A DNA stretch of 64,000 bases from an uncultured Methanomicrobiaceae archaeon (GCA_963826525.1 CAWGXH010000005.1:128001-192000); one strand, 5' to 3'. Numbered from the stretch's first letter, positions 1-10,173 are shown. Made by a program: numbers and translations. Notes: a model not told the origin generated them from the letters alone.

Positions 1-667
1 TTTTGTGAAAGACGGTGTTTGCAAGGATCACGAGTTTGATCGCGGCGTCGATCCCCTTGACGTCGTAGGTCGGGTCGGCCTCGGCATAGCCGAGCTCCCG
101 CGCCTCGAGGAGCGCCTGCTCGTAGGTCAGCCCTTCCTCGGACATCCGGGTCAGGATGAAGTTGCAGGTGCCGTTGAAGATACCGTAGAGGCGTGATACG
201 CTGTTCCCGGCGAGGCCCTCGTGGATGGCGTGAATGAGCGGGATAGCACCGCAGACGGTGGCCTCGTACTTCAGGCAGACGCCCCGCTTCTCCGCGACGG
301 CCGCAAGATCGGCGTACGCGACTGCTATCGGCCCTTTATTCGACGTGACGATATGCTTGCCCCGCTCGATCGCGGTCCTGATATGCGTGAGCGCCGGTTC
401 GCCGGTCACGGCGTCGGTCGGCGTCACCTCGACGAGAACGTCGTACTCCGCGCCTCTCACGACGTCGATCGGCCGGACTGCAGGATCGCCAAGAGAGCCG
501 CTCTCCTGCTTTCGTGCGAGTGCCGCTTCGATATCGATGCCGTCAGGGTCGATGAGGCCGCTTTTAGAGTCGGCGAGTCCCGTGACGGTGATGCCGAGGT
601 CTTTCTGCAGAATTGCCCGGGCGATGCCCCGGCCGACCGAGCCGAAACCAAGGATTGCGATGCGCAT
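1..667 (-). CDS. hom: Homoserine dehydrogenase (3' end runs off the window)
   Basis: Not in the ORF track. Manual minus-strand translation from ATG at 667 gives MRIAILGFGSVGRG (Rossmann fold), then VTSNKGP, YEATVCGAIP, GIFNGTCNFIL and GYAEADPTYDVKGIDAA. The start overlaps the stop of the upstream ACT gene. Confidence 0.95.
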   Translation of the reverse strand, partial: MRIAILGFGSVGRGIARAILQKDLGITVTGLADSKSGLIDPDGIDIEAALARKQESGSLGDPAVRPIDVVRGAEYDVLVEVTPTDAVTGEPALTHIRTAIERGKHIVTSNKGPIAVAYADLAAVAEKRGVCLKYEATVCGAIPLIHAIHEGLAGNSVSRLYGIFNGTCNFILTRMSEEGLTYEQALLEARELGYAEADPTYDVKGIDAAIKLVILANTVFHK

Positions 668-1167
668 TAGATCTCCTCCAGCGGTTCGATCATGAGGATG
701 CCCTTCTGCTGCGCAACCGTGCGGAGAATCTCGATCGCACGTTTCATATCGTCGACGTTGACCGAGCGGATGGTTATCCGCGCCGAAGAGGGCTTGTTGA
801 TCGCGGGCATGACGAGGGAGATCTCCGTCACCTCCGCAAATCCGGTCTTGTCGATACAATCGACCGTATCCGAGAGATCCGTGTGCATGAGATGTCCTAT
901 CAGGATCAGCGAGCTCTGATGCAAAAGCCGCTCTTCCCCGATCCGCACCACGCCGACACCCTGTTCCCGGAGGAGTTCGAGCAGCCGATCGAGCCTGCCC
1001 TCCGGCAGTTCGAGCACGATCTGAACATCCAGTGTCTCCGCCGTCGATGAGGGGTCACGCTGGTGAATAACCGCAATGATGTTGCCGCCCACTGACGATA
1101 TCGGTTTGAGCGCGGCAACCAACTGTCCGGGCGTATCCTTCATCTCGAGTTTCATGGATACACGCAA
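667..1167 (-). CDS. ACT-domain amino-acid-binding protein (candidate regulator of Hom)
   Basis: MKLEMKDTPGQLVAALKPISSVGGNIIAVIH matches the ACT signature. Translationally coupled to hom. Confidence 0.85.
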   Translation of the reverse strand: MRVSMKLEMKDTPGQLVAALKPISSVGGNIIAVIHQRDPSSTAETLDVQIVLELPEGRLDRLLELLREQGVGVVRIGEERLLHQSSLILIGHLMHTDLSDTVDCIDKTGFAEVTEISLVMPAINKPSSARITIRSVNVDDMKRAIEILRTVAQQKGILMIEPLEEI

Positions 1168-1275
1168 AAAAAACCACCTGCCATAGGGTTGACCCGCCGT
1201 GATGATAAGCCTTTTACAATGGAACTCCCCCTCGCGAGGGGTGCCCCGGGCCGGCCTGAAAAAGAAGAGATCCTT

Positions 1276-1992
1276 TCAGCGCACGGAGCCGGGTGCGCCG
1301 GTCACGATGCTCACGGCCTCCGCGAGCTCCGGGAGGAGCTCGGCCGGGATGCCCATGACCATCTCGTCGTCCTCGATCCCGGAGAACTTCCGTGATCCGT
1401 CGCAGCCGAGCGAGTAGTTGGCAAGCCCCGTCATGTACGGCTGCGCCGTTGCATCGGCACAGACCGACTGGATCCCCGACATCGACGACTGGATGCGTCC
1501 GCCGAGTTTGTAGAGCGCGCTCTGGGCGAGTTTCAGCATGCTCCGCGGGGATGCGACGATGATCACCACGTGGGGATCGAACGGCGTCTTCTCGAGGGGT
1601 GCGTATACCGTGGCGTAGGTCTCGTTCTCGGGCACGTGCGGGACTGCGTTGATCGTCCGCATGCACGCCGCCCAGCTCTCGAACTTGCCGAGTTTGTAGT
1701 AAAACTCTCCGCTCCTGAGGCTCGGGGTGAGTTCTCTGAGGCCGAGCGCCCAGCCCCCGCCCATGCAGACGTGCTTGTCGGCCGTTGCATAGAAGATGGC
1801 GCCGTCTTTCCGGGCTCTGCTGACCATCTGGCAGTGCCGGACCGTCTCCTCGATCGGTTCCACCCCTTCGGGGATGCCTTCGGGACTCTTTGCGAGTTTT
1901 ATCGCGACCGGCGATCCCTTGAGGTCAAGGCCGGTTTTCAGGGTCTCTGCGATTGCTGCGTAGGGGAGTTTCATCCGCATCTGGTCTTCCAT
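1276..1992 (-). CDS. DUF169 family protein
   Basis: Motifs PVAIK, RHCQMV, VCMGG..ALG, QSVCAD and SLGCDGSR are typical of DUF169. Confidence 0.8.
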   Translation of the reverse strand: MEDQMRMKLPYAAIAETLKTGLDLKGSPVAIKLAKSPEGIPEGVEPIEETVRHCQMVSRARKDGAIFYATADKHVCMGGGWALGLRELTPSLRSGEFYYKLGKFESWAACMRTINAVPHVPENETYATVYAPLEKTPFDPHVVIIVASPRSMLKLAQSALYKLGGRIQSSMSGIQSVCADATAQPYMTGLANYSLGCDGSRKFSGIEDDEMVMGIPAELLPELAEAVSIVTGAPGSVR

Positions 1993-2066
1993 AATCCTTC
2001 CCGCTCCTAATGGGTGAACAGTTCCCCTGGAGCGGCATTAACCTTCTGTCCGTGACAACTGATCGG

Positions 2067-2879
2067 TTACAGCCGGCGAAGTTTATACTCGACCTTCTCG
2101 AAGAAGGGTTTTCCGACCCTGACGAACCGTGCAGGTTCTTCTGCTTTTCGAACGGAGATGACCGTATTCTTCTCGAGCTCGAAGGTGCTCTGGCCGTCGA
2201 TGACGAGGTGGGCGGGTTTCTCCGTCTCGAGCTGGATGTCGAGGGCGCGGTCGCTGCTGATCAGGTGCGGCCGCGAGGAGAGCATGTAGGGCGCGAGCGG
2301 TATGACCAGGAACCCCTCGAGCCGGGGGTCGATGATTGGGCCTCCTGCGCTCATGGCATAGGCGGTCGAGCCCGTCGGGGTGCTGACGAGGATACCGTCT
2401 GCCCGGAACCGTTCCGCGGCGATTCCATCGACGTGGACGGAGAACCGGAGCATCTTCGCCGGCCGTTCGGTGACGATGACCGCCTCGTTGAGGGCGGTGC
2501 CGAACTCCTCGCCGCGGACGGAGAGGGCGATGCGCATGCGCTGCTCGACCTCGAAGGCATCCGTATGGGTGGCGAAGAAGGATTCTGCCTCTTCCGGCTC
2601 GAGGTTCGCGAGAAACCCTACCTCGCCCCAGTTGATCCCGAGGATCGGGATCTGCCGCCGCATCCGGTGGACGGTGAGCAGGACCGAGCCGTCGCCGCCG
2701 ACGACGACCGCAAGGTCGGCCGAAAACTCCTCGAAGGCGACTCCTTCCTTCCCGAGGAGCCTGGCCGTCCCCGCTTCGAAGGTGACGGCGTGGCCGAGCC
2801 CCGTCAGGTGCTCCGCGAGGGAGGCGGTGAAGCCGAGCGCCTCCCCGTCGTCTATCCGTGAGATGAGTACCATCCGCAT
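2067..2879 (-). CDS. ppnK: NAD kinase
   Basis: Motifs GGDGS, GEVGFL, ALNE and DGILVSTPTGSTAYAMSAGGP. Confidence 0.97.
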   Translation of the reverse strand: MRMVLISRIDDGEALGFTASLAEHLTGLGHAVTFEAGTARLLGKEGVAFEEFSADLAVVVGGDGSVLLTVHRMRRQIPILGINWGEVGFLANLEPEEAESFFATHTDAFEVEQRMRIALSVRGEEFGTALNEAVIVTERPAKMLRFSVHVDGIAAERFRADGILVSTPTGSTAYAMSAGGPIIDPRLEGFLVIPLAPYMLSSRPHLISSDRALDIQLETEKPAHLVIDGQSTFELEKNTVISVRKAEEPARFVRVGKPFFEKVEYKLRRL

Positions 2880-2884
2880 GCCGC

Positions 2885-3661
2885 CTACCTCAGATACTCG
2901 ATGACCTTGTTATGGATCACGCCGTTCGTGGCGACGAGGCAGTAGCCTGAGGTGACCTCCTCTCCGAACCGGATGGGCCCGCCGTCGAGGTCGGTGGCTC
3001 TCCCGCCGGCCTCTTCGCAGACGACGATCCCGGCCGCTGCATCGGTCACGCGAAGCGTACCCCGGAAGTCGATGAACCCGTCGATACGCCCCGCTCCCAC
3101 GTAGCAGAGTTCGAGGGCGGATGCGCCGAAGAGGCGCCAGCGGCGGAGCCTGCGGCCGAGGTGGAGCACCGGTGCCGGGTCGAACCGGCGCCCGTAGACG
3201 CTCATGGCACTCTCCTCGAGGAGGGAGATCGCCGATGCCCGGATAGGCCGTCCGTCGAGGTACGCTCCGCACCCCCGCTCGGCGGAGAACGTCTCCCCGG
3301 TGGCGAGGTTCTGCACGTATCCTTTCAGGAGCGCGCCGTTCTCGGCGTACCCGATCGAGAGGGCGAAGAAGGGGATGCCCTGGACGGCGTTGAAGGTGCC
3401 GTCGATGGGGTCGAGGTACAGGGTTCCCTTCTCCCCGCCGATATCGAGGTTCCCGATCTCCTCGCTGATCAGGGTCCTGCAGATCGGCGTATCCAGCAGA
3501 TACTCGATAACGGCATCCTCTGCGACCTGATCAATCTTTTTGGTGGGTGTTCCGTCCGCGCCCATCTTTACGTACTCGGCGCCTTCCGGCCTCCCCACAA
3601 GGCCGGATACGGCATCTTTGACGCATTCTGCCATCTCTTCGCACGCCCGGACAAACACCAT
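2885..3661 (-). CDS. suhB: Inositol monophosphatase / FBPase family phosphatase
   Basis: Motifs GADGTPTKKID, ISEE, DPIDGT, GASALELCYV and DAAAG. Confidence 0.92.
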   Translation of the reverse strand: MVFVRACEEMAECVKDAVSGLVGRPEGAEYVKMGADGTPTKKIDQVAEDAVIEYLLDTPICRTLISEEIGNLDIGGEKGTLYLDPIDGTFNAVQGIPFFALSIGYAENGALLKGYVQNLATGETFSAERGCGAYLDGRPIRASAISLLEESAMSVYGRRFDPAPVLHLGRRLRRWRLFGASALELCYVGAGRIDGFIDFRGTLRVTDAAAGIVVCEEAGGRATDLDGGPIRFGEEVTSGYCLVATNGVIHNKVIEYLR

Positions 3662-3751
3662 GGAACCTCTCACGTATACTCTTTTCCTGCGCTGTATTTA
3701 TGTAATGCAATAAAGATAAATTAATAGCGCGATTACATCGAGAGTGACAAT

Positions 3752-4129
3752 ATGAAGGAACAGACTGAAATTGGTAAGCTGAAAGAAGGACGGTATATGG
3801 TCGTCGAAGATGAGCCCTGCAAGATCCTCTCCATTGCAACCTCAAAGCCGGGCAAGCACGGAGCGGCAAAGTCCCGTATCGACTGTATGGGGATCTTCGA
3901 CGGGGTCAAGCGATCCATCGTCCAGCCGGTATCCGCAAAGATCTACGTCCCGATCGTGGAGCGAAAATCCGCCCAGGTCATCTCGGTCGCAGGCAACACC
4001 GTTCAGTTCATGGACGTCAAGGACTTCGAGATGTTCGAGATGAATGTCTCGGACGAGCGGCTTGCCGGGATCGAGGCCGGAAAGGAAGTCCCCTATATCG
4101 CATCGATGGGTAAGAAGAAGCTTGAGTGA
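3752..4129 (+). CDS. eif5a: Translation factor aIF-5A
   Basis: SKPGKHGAAK hypusination loop. Confidence 0.98.
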   Translation: MKEQTEIGKLKEGRYMVVEDEPCKILSIATSKPGKHGAAKSRIDCMGIFDGVKRSIVQPVSAKIYVPIVERKSAQVISVAGNTVQFMDVKDFEMFEMNVSDERLAGIEAGKEVPYIASMGKKKLE

Positions 4130-4384
4130 ACGACCCCGCCTCTTTTCCGGCAGGGCTTCCTGCTTCCTTCTCTCTATGAGGAGGGGCTTTTATAGTGCAT
4201 TCCGCACCCTATAGGCGTGCGCGAATCTCTTTTTGCAGGACTATCCCCCGGTGACGGATGGGGAGGTGCGCCTCCGTGCCCGGCATGTATCAGGGTCGTC
4301 CCACGACGATCATGCAAGCTCTGCGGGTTACCCGACCGGTGACAACCGGGAATCCAGCTCCGTTTTTAGATCGGTTTTTATGGC

Positions 4385-4462
4385 ACATTCTTTGGCAGGA
4401 GGGGGACGAGCCCCCTCCTGCACCCTCCCCCGCCGATGCGATAGCCCGGAGATTGGCCGTGC
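4385..4462 (+). repeat. Dispersed REP-like intergenic repeat, copy 1 (contains an 11-bp perfect hairpin)
   Basis: GCAGGAGGGGG-acgag-CCCCCTCCTGC at 4395-4421, followed by a ...tgcgatagcccggaga tail. Aligns by eye to 22686-22745 and, inverted, to about 22580-22645. Confidence 0.65.
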
Positions 4463-4673
4463 CCATGCCCTGTTTGACAGCGTCTCTGCTGCCGGAGCAT
4501 TGGGGCATGTCATCTTCCTGTGGTTTCGTTCCCGGGCATTTTCGGATCTGCTTGATCTGGAGCTTGTCCGGAGGTGTGATGAAGGAGCCGTGATCGGGGT
4601 ACTATGACAGGGCTCCGGAGGGTGACCACCTCCCACCCCGCAACATACATTATCAGGAAGCGATAGGTCTGCT

Positions 4674-5550
4674 ATGGATCTCGATCAGTTCACCCAGTCC
4701 CATTTTGCCGATGCCTCCGCAGCGTACGAGGACGCAACCTACGTCATCTTCGGCGTGCCCTACGACGGCACGACCTCGTTTCGCCCCGGAACCCGTTTCG
4801 GGCCGCGGGCAATCCGCGAGGTCTCCTTCAACTTCGAGCCGTACGAGCCGGCTGTCGGGATAGACCTTTCAGAGGTTCCCCTCGCCGACATCGGCGATAT
4901 CGAATCCTGCCCGCCTGCCGGAACGGGTCGCCCTGCAGGTCCGCGAGGTCGTCGCCGACCTTGCCCGTGACGGGAAGTTCCCGATCATGCTCGGCGGGGA
5001 GCATACGGTGACGGTCGGTGCGGTCGAGGCACTGCAGCCCGACTGCTTCGTCGTCTGCGACGCCCACCTCGACCTCCGGGACGAGCTCTACGAGACGCCC
5101 TACAGCCACGGCTGTGTAACAAGGCGGGTCTACGACGCCGGCGTCCGGAGTATCTTCATCATCGGCGCACGGAGCGGCTGTGCCGAGCAGTACGCCTTCG
5201 CCGACCGGGTGACGCTGTATACGGCCGACGAGGTCAGGGAACGCGGCATCACGGCGATTCTCCGGGAGATCGCCGGAGCGATCGCGGGGAAGCGGACGTA
5301 CCTCTCGATCGATGCCGACGCCGTCGACTGCTGCGAGACGCCCGGCGTCGGGACGCCGGAGCCGTTCGGGATCACCTCGTGCGACCTCCGGGAGGTGGTG
5401 CGAACCCTCGCCCCCCACGTGGTGGGCTTCGATTACGTGGAGGTCTGCCCGATCGATGCCGGCCAGACGGCGGCGGTGGCGGCGAAGCTCATCCGTGAGT
5501 TCATCGCGCTCCGCTGGAAAAAAGAGACTGGTGCTAGAGGTCAGACGTAG
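4674..5550 (+). CDS. speB: Agmatinase (one apparent extra C near 4910)
   Basis: GVPYDGTTSFRPGTRFGP in the first ORF; GGEH, DAHLD, SHG, DADAVD and PGVGTPEP in the second. The frames join by removing one C in tgcccgc. Confidence 0.93.
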
Positions 5551-6219
5551 CTTTCCGGAACCTGAACCTGCAGGTCGTACGACGTTATCCCCAGGGTATT
5601 GATGATGAAGTAGTAGTTCCGGTCGCCCTCGTAGAACTTGGTATTCCACTGGCTCTCCCGGAACGCCGTGCTGTTCGCCGAGTCGTAGTTCGCGAAGTCC
5701 TGGCGGTTCAGCGTGATCACCTTCACGAAGCGGTTCGGGTCGTCCGCGTCCATGACCTGGAGGTTGAACCGCGGGAACTCCTCGTTCATCGGGACGATGT
5801 TGGTGTAGTCGAGCCGCCAGTACGGCGTCGGGATGTGGAAGATGCCCGTCGTGCCGGACCACTGCCCCGTGATGGTGGTGTAGGTCGCCCAGGTGGTGTT
5901 CGGCATACTCCCCGACGGCGGGGTGGTGAAACTCGGGGTCTCTGTGGTGAGGTCGACGTGGTACGTCGAGGGGTCGACGAACCCGAGCTCTTTGCGGCAC
6001 GCCGTTCCAGGTCGGGGTGGGTGTCGGGGCTCTCGGAGTGGGCGCCGCGGTGGCTGCCGAGGCCCACGGCGGTGTCTGCGTCGGAGCGGCGGTCGGCTCC
6101 GGCTCGGGCGTCCCGAAGAGGTTCACGGGCTCGCCGGTCACCATCGGTTTCACCACGAGCGCCATGATCACCACGATCCCGACGGCGAGCACCACGTAGA
6201 GCAGATCCTGTTTCTCCAT
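5541..6219 (-). CDS. Membrane-anchored hypothetical protein with a Pro/Thr linker and beta-rich extracellular domain (frameshift near 5990)
   Basis: N-terminal TM helix and PTPTPT linker in ORF 4828..6219; globular C-terminus in ORF 5541..5906. Confidence 0.65.
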
Positions 6220-6532
6220 GCCTCTCGTTCATCGTTTTGATCTGCTAACCATTTATACCTTCGATATCGGTTCTCCGGGGGATGATGCGGTTATCGGGGA
6301 TTTTTGATGCACCATGCGGCAGATCCCGGATGCCTAAGCGGCGGTGCAGGGCAACCCGAATCGGTGATTTCTGCGGATCATTCGTGAAACAAATACGCAA
6401 TTCAGCGAAGAAACCGGAACCGATTGAATTGTATTAACCCCTGATTATGAAAAAAGTGGATTGTGCGCGTGTTTGCTGTTCGATAGGGTTAAATAGATCC
6501 TTGTGTATATACTCCAACTAAACCGAAATGGT

Positions 6533-6570
6533 CCGAATGAACGCTTCATTCGGCCTCCGGAAGAGGAGGT
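6533..6570 (+). promoter_or_regulatory. Structured 5' leader of the archaellin operon (two hairpins, the second pairing the Shine-Dalgarno)
   Basis: CCGAATGAA-cgc-TTCATTCGG at 6533-6553, then CCTCC-ggaaga-GGAGG at 6554-6569. The ATG is at 6579. Confidence 0.45.
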
Positions 6571-6578
6571 AACGTTTA

Positions 6579-7164
6579 ATGAGTAAAATCGTTCGAAATG
6601 AGGATGCATTCACCGGCCTTGAGGCGGCGATCGTGTTGATCGCGTTCGTCGTCGTCGCGGCGGTGTTCTCGTATGTGGTGCTGGGCGCCGGGTTCTTCAC
6701 AACCCAGAAGAGCCAGGAAGTCGTCCACACCGGTGTATCGCAGGCGAGCTCGAATGTGGAAGTATCAGGGCCGGTCATCGTTGCATGGCTGCCGATGCTG
6801 CAATGGTCAATACTATCGACGTTCTATCTGCAGGCTTGCAGCTGGTGGATCTTCGGTTGACATGAACAAGGTGACCTACACGGTTGCAACGATACCGACT
6901 GAGTATCTATGACTGCGACGTATGGTGACGTCGACCGCAGACTGGTATGAGGTATGGAGCAGGATGCAGATGACTGGCACCGATCTGCTTGAGACCCGAA
7001 TGAGTTTGTGGTCATCGATATAGATGTATACTGCATCTGGATCCGGCTATTGGAACCAACGACGGTTCACCGTTGAGATTAAACCCGACGTCGGTGCATC
7101 GTATCCGATCACTCGGATTGCCCCGCCTTCATCTCGAGCAGATAAAGTCTACGAGGTCTACTGA
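6579..7164 (+). CDS. arlB: Archaellin 1 (several indels in the variable region)
   Basis: Class III signal peptide and conserved helix NEDAFTGLEAAIVLIAFVVVAAVFSYVVLGAGFF. The C-terminus ...EIKPDVGASYPITR...DKVYEVY ends at 7164. Confidence 0.9.
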
Positions 7165-7176
7165 GGTGTTGATGAG

Positions 7177-7796
7177 ATGAGAAAACTGAAAGAATGAGGA
7201 TGCATTCACCGGTCTTGAGGCGGCGATCGTGCTGATCGCGTTCGTCGTCGTTGCGGCGGTGTTCTCGTATGTGGTGCTGGGCGCCGGGTTCTTCACGACC
7301 CAGAAGAGCCAGGAGGTCGTCCACACCGGTGTAGAGCAGGCAGGTTCCAGCATGGAGATCATCGGGAATATCTATGGCTATGAGGTAGACGCAGGCGAAA
7401 TTGATTATGTTGTCTTTACCGTTGGCAACACTGCAGGCGGTTCCCCAATCGATCTGACCCAGATGATTGTCACCTATATTGACGAGGATGGTCAGACTAT
7501 CAAGACTTTTGATAAAGACAATTCCATTGAGAGATCTCACGCATGATCCGGATCGTTGCTACGACCCTGCTGCCGCAGTTGTAGCTGATACTGGGTCATA
7601 CTTGACATCTACAATGATGTGGGTAATGAGAACCTCCTCCTCGAGCCGGGAGAACAGTTTGTCTTTGCGGTGGATCTCAATGCGCCTGATGGCTAACGAT
7701 AAGTTCAGCCTGAACTTACAGCCCTCTGTTGGTGCGGTCTTCCCCATTAAGAGAACTGTGCCTGCATCTGTTGATGCTGTTAATATTCTCTACTAA
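7177..7796 (+). CDS. arlB: Archaellin 2 (several indels)
   Basis: Same N-terminal helix, with about 140 nt nearly identical to copy 1; TAGGSPIDL motif; C-terminus LQPSVGAVFPIKRTVPASVDAVNILY. Confidence 0.9.
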
Positions 7797-8325
7797 TCTT
7801 TCTTTTTTTAATTGCCTGTTAAGGATCCGAAACCATTTGATGCTGGGCTTCTGGTATGAGTGTGACCAAACTCTTCGCGCGGGATGTATAGGTTTGATCA
7901 TTTTTCGGTGGAAGGAGGGTGATCGATCGGAACGTGCAGAGTGGCCACCCGGCTAAGGGCTATTAGATTTGGCAAATTATTCATGGAAAGGAGAATTCTG
8001 TCCTATGAAATGCACCCTGAAGAATGCTCAAAAAGATTCCGCATGAGGCCAAAGTGGTAATTCTTACCTACCGAGGCTAACGCATATACTCATGTATGGC
8101 TATTCTCAAGCAAGAGGTAAAAAATTGATCTGCCCTCCAGGTCCGATAGTTCACTTGACCTAACCTTCTATGTGACTGGCGCCTGCACCTATCGTCCCGT
8201 CAACCGCATCCCAACGATCCCCCAAACCGCCTCCTCATCTCCCACATTTTACCCAAAAACCCTCTCCCATCACGTACCTGCATTGCAAAGGCTTATTTAC
8301 CATGTCGTTGATATAATCTTTCACC

Positions 8326-9142
8326 ATGGGGGTAGACCAGGCACAGATCGATAAGATCCTCAGCGGAGCATCGACTGAGGACCCTGAGGTCCGGCTCGAT
8401 AACCTCGAGAAGGAGCTCGACTTCATGAAGACCTCCCTAAAGCGCCTGCTCATCGATATCCGCGAACGGATGAACGAACTCGACAATCCCTTCTCAAGCA
8501 CCGGCTTTTCCAGAATGCCGGCCGCTCCGATGCTGCCGGATGCCGGAAAAGAGGACGAACCGGCGTCGTGGAAGGAGCACGAGATCGAGGAGCACGACGC
8601 TGACGAGCCGCTGGCGTTTGCTCTCGAGAACGGATTTGCCGGCATGCGTAAAGAGCCCGTTCTTATCGCCCGCCGAAGCGTTCGGCCTTCCCGCCGGACA
8701 GTTTGCCCTGCCCGCCGCCCCGCCCGTCGAGAGCGCGGCAAAGCCCCCGGAGAAACTGAAACTCCAGAAGGTGCATCAGCTCTTCGACTGGACGCATAAG
8801 AGCTGCAAGAAGTTCGGCCACGAGCGGTTCGAGATGATGATCGACGCCTACCTGACGATGGGCTACATCGCGGAAGGCTCCGCCGACCAGATCAAAGAGA
8901 TCATCCGGATGATACCCCCCACCCGCGGCGACCTCCAGGAGATCGGGCCGAACGAGTTCGTCTCCGAGCTCTACGTCCTGAACCGGATCCTCGAACCCGG
9001 GGACTCCTCGCTCGACCGCGATATGATCGAGGTGCTGATGGTCCAGCGGATGCAGTCCGGGGAGAAGACCCGGGACGGGAAAGTTACGTCGAAAGAGAAG
9101 TATGCTGGTGACGAATGGCTCGAGATGCTGGACAGGATATGA
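8326..9142 (+). CDS. ArlD/E-like archaellum accessory protein (frameshift near 8660-8680)
   Basis: N-terminal coiled coil (LEKELDFMKTSLKRLLIDIRERMNELDNPF). The C-terminal LFDW..K..KKFG.ERFEMMIDAYLTMGYI resembles the FlaD/E domain. Lies between arlB and arlG. Confidence 0.65.
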
Positions 9143-9145
9143 TGG

Positions 9146-9649
9146 ATGTCGAGCGAAACCTTCACCACCGCAATGTTCCTGATGGCCGCCATCATCTCGG
9201 CCGGCGTCCTCATTAACGCCATCTTCCCCGTCATCTACACCCTCTCCGACACCATCGCATCCTCGACGCACGAGGCGGACGAGCGGCTCCGGGTCGACGC
9301 GAAGATCGTGAATACCTACGCGAGCGCTTTATCGCAGGAGGCCGATATCTGGATCAAGAACGTCGGGACCCAGCGGATCGCGGAGGCCGACCTGAAGAAC
9401 AGCGACGTCTTCCTCGGGGCGATGGGGAACTTCGATCGGCTCTCGTATACTGCCGGCCTTCCGGCAGACGGGAAGTGGACGTACGAGATCGAGGACAGCG
9501 ATGCGAACAGCTACTGGGACCCCGGCGAGACCCTGCACATCATCGGACGGACAGACAGTCTCCCCGACGCCTCCGGCAATGTTGCCTACTTCCAGTTCGT
9601 CCTGATGACGGGTCTCTCCCGGTCGACCGAATTCGCGGTAAGTGGTTGA
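9146..9649 (+). CDS. arlG: Archaellum stator protein ArlG
   Basis: N-terminal TM MSSETFTTAMFLMAAIISAG; WIKNVG and WDPGETL motifs; operon position. Confidence 0.85.
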   Translation: MSSETFTTAMFLMAAIISAGVLINAIFPVIYTLSDTIASSTHEADERLRVDAKIVNTYASALSQEADIWIKNVGTQRIAEADLKNSDVFLGAMGNFDRLSYTAGLPADGKWTYEIEDSDANSYWDPGETLHIIGRTDSLPDASGNVAYFQFVLMTGLSRSTEFAVSG

Positions 9650-10121
9650 TATGAGCGTCGGATCGCTCGTCGCTTCGGGAATCGGCATTCTCCTGCTGGT
9701 CATCACGGCATACGTCCTCGTCGGGGGCACCCTCGGCACGGCGGAGCTCGTCGTCATGGCACAGAGTGACCTTGCGATCCAGCAGGAGACGCGTATGAGG
9801 ACGAATATCGATATCGCCGCCACATCCCTGGATGCGGCGGAGCAGGTGCTCTATGTCGAGGTCGAGAACAGCGGCAACGAACCGATCGTGAATTTCGCCC
9901 ATATGGACGTCTACCTCGTCACCAGCGGCTCTCCCGTCTACTACCCCTACGGGACAGGGGAAGACACCTGGCAGTATGTGGCGATCAACCCCGACCAGAT
10001 CCACCCGCGCCAGCTCGACCCCGGCGAGGTTCTGAACCTCTCCGTCCTCTACACCGGGGACGACCCGACCTGGGTGCAGGTCACGACCGGGAACGGCGTC
10101 TACGACTCCGCATATATCTAG
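9642..10121 (+). CDS. arlF: Archaellum stator protein ArlF
   Basis: N-terminal TM; VENSGN, LDPGE and VTTGNGV motifs; operon position. Confidence 0.85.
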   Translation: MVDMSVGSLVASGIGILLLVITAYVLVGGTLGTAELVVMAQSDLAIQQETRMRTNIDIAATSLDAAEQVLYVEVENSGNEPIVNFAHMDVYLVTSGSPVYYPYGTGEDTWQYVAINPDQIHPRQLDPGEVLNLSVLYTGDDPTWVQVTTGNGVYDSAYI

Positions 10122-10173
10122 GTGAACGACATGCCTGCAAGCACTTACGACAGCGACGAAGCCATACGACCCG

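Noticed and set aside
1199-1259. C/D box sRNA (GTGATGA ... CTGA, about 60 nt)
   Set aside because: There are no clear internal D'/C' boxes or terminal stem. The same bases read on the minus strand as the DUF169 terminator T-tract and a BRE/TATA-like promoter for the ACT-hom operon.
4900-4925. Programmed, antizyme-like polyamine-responsive frameshift in agmatinase
   Set aside because: It is a single extra C in a short C-run, the same kind of lesion seen in arlI, arlJ, cheA, uvrA/B/C and slyD. Sequencing error is far more parsimonious.
6596-7335. DGR template/variable repeat pair or CRISPR-like repeat in the archaellin genes
   Set aside because: The duplicated block is the conserved archaellin N-terminus with mostly synonymous differences and no adenine-specific pattern. 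No reverse transcriptase or cas gene is present in the window.
7960-8170. Gene or IS remnant in the AT-rich gap after the archaellins
   Set aside because: No sustained reading frame, terminal inverted repeats or recognisable motif could be identified.
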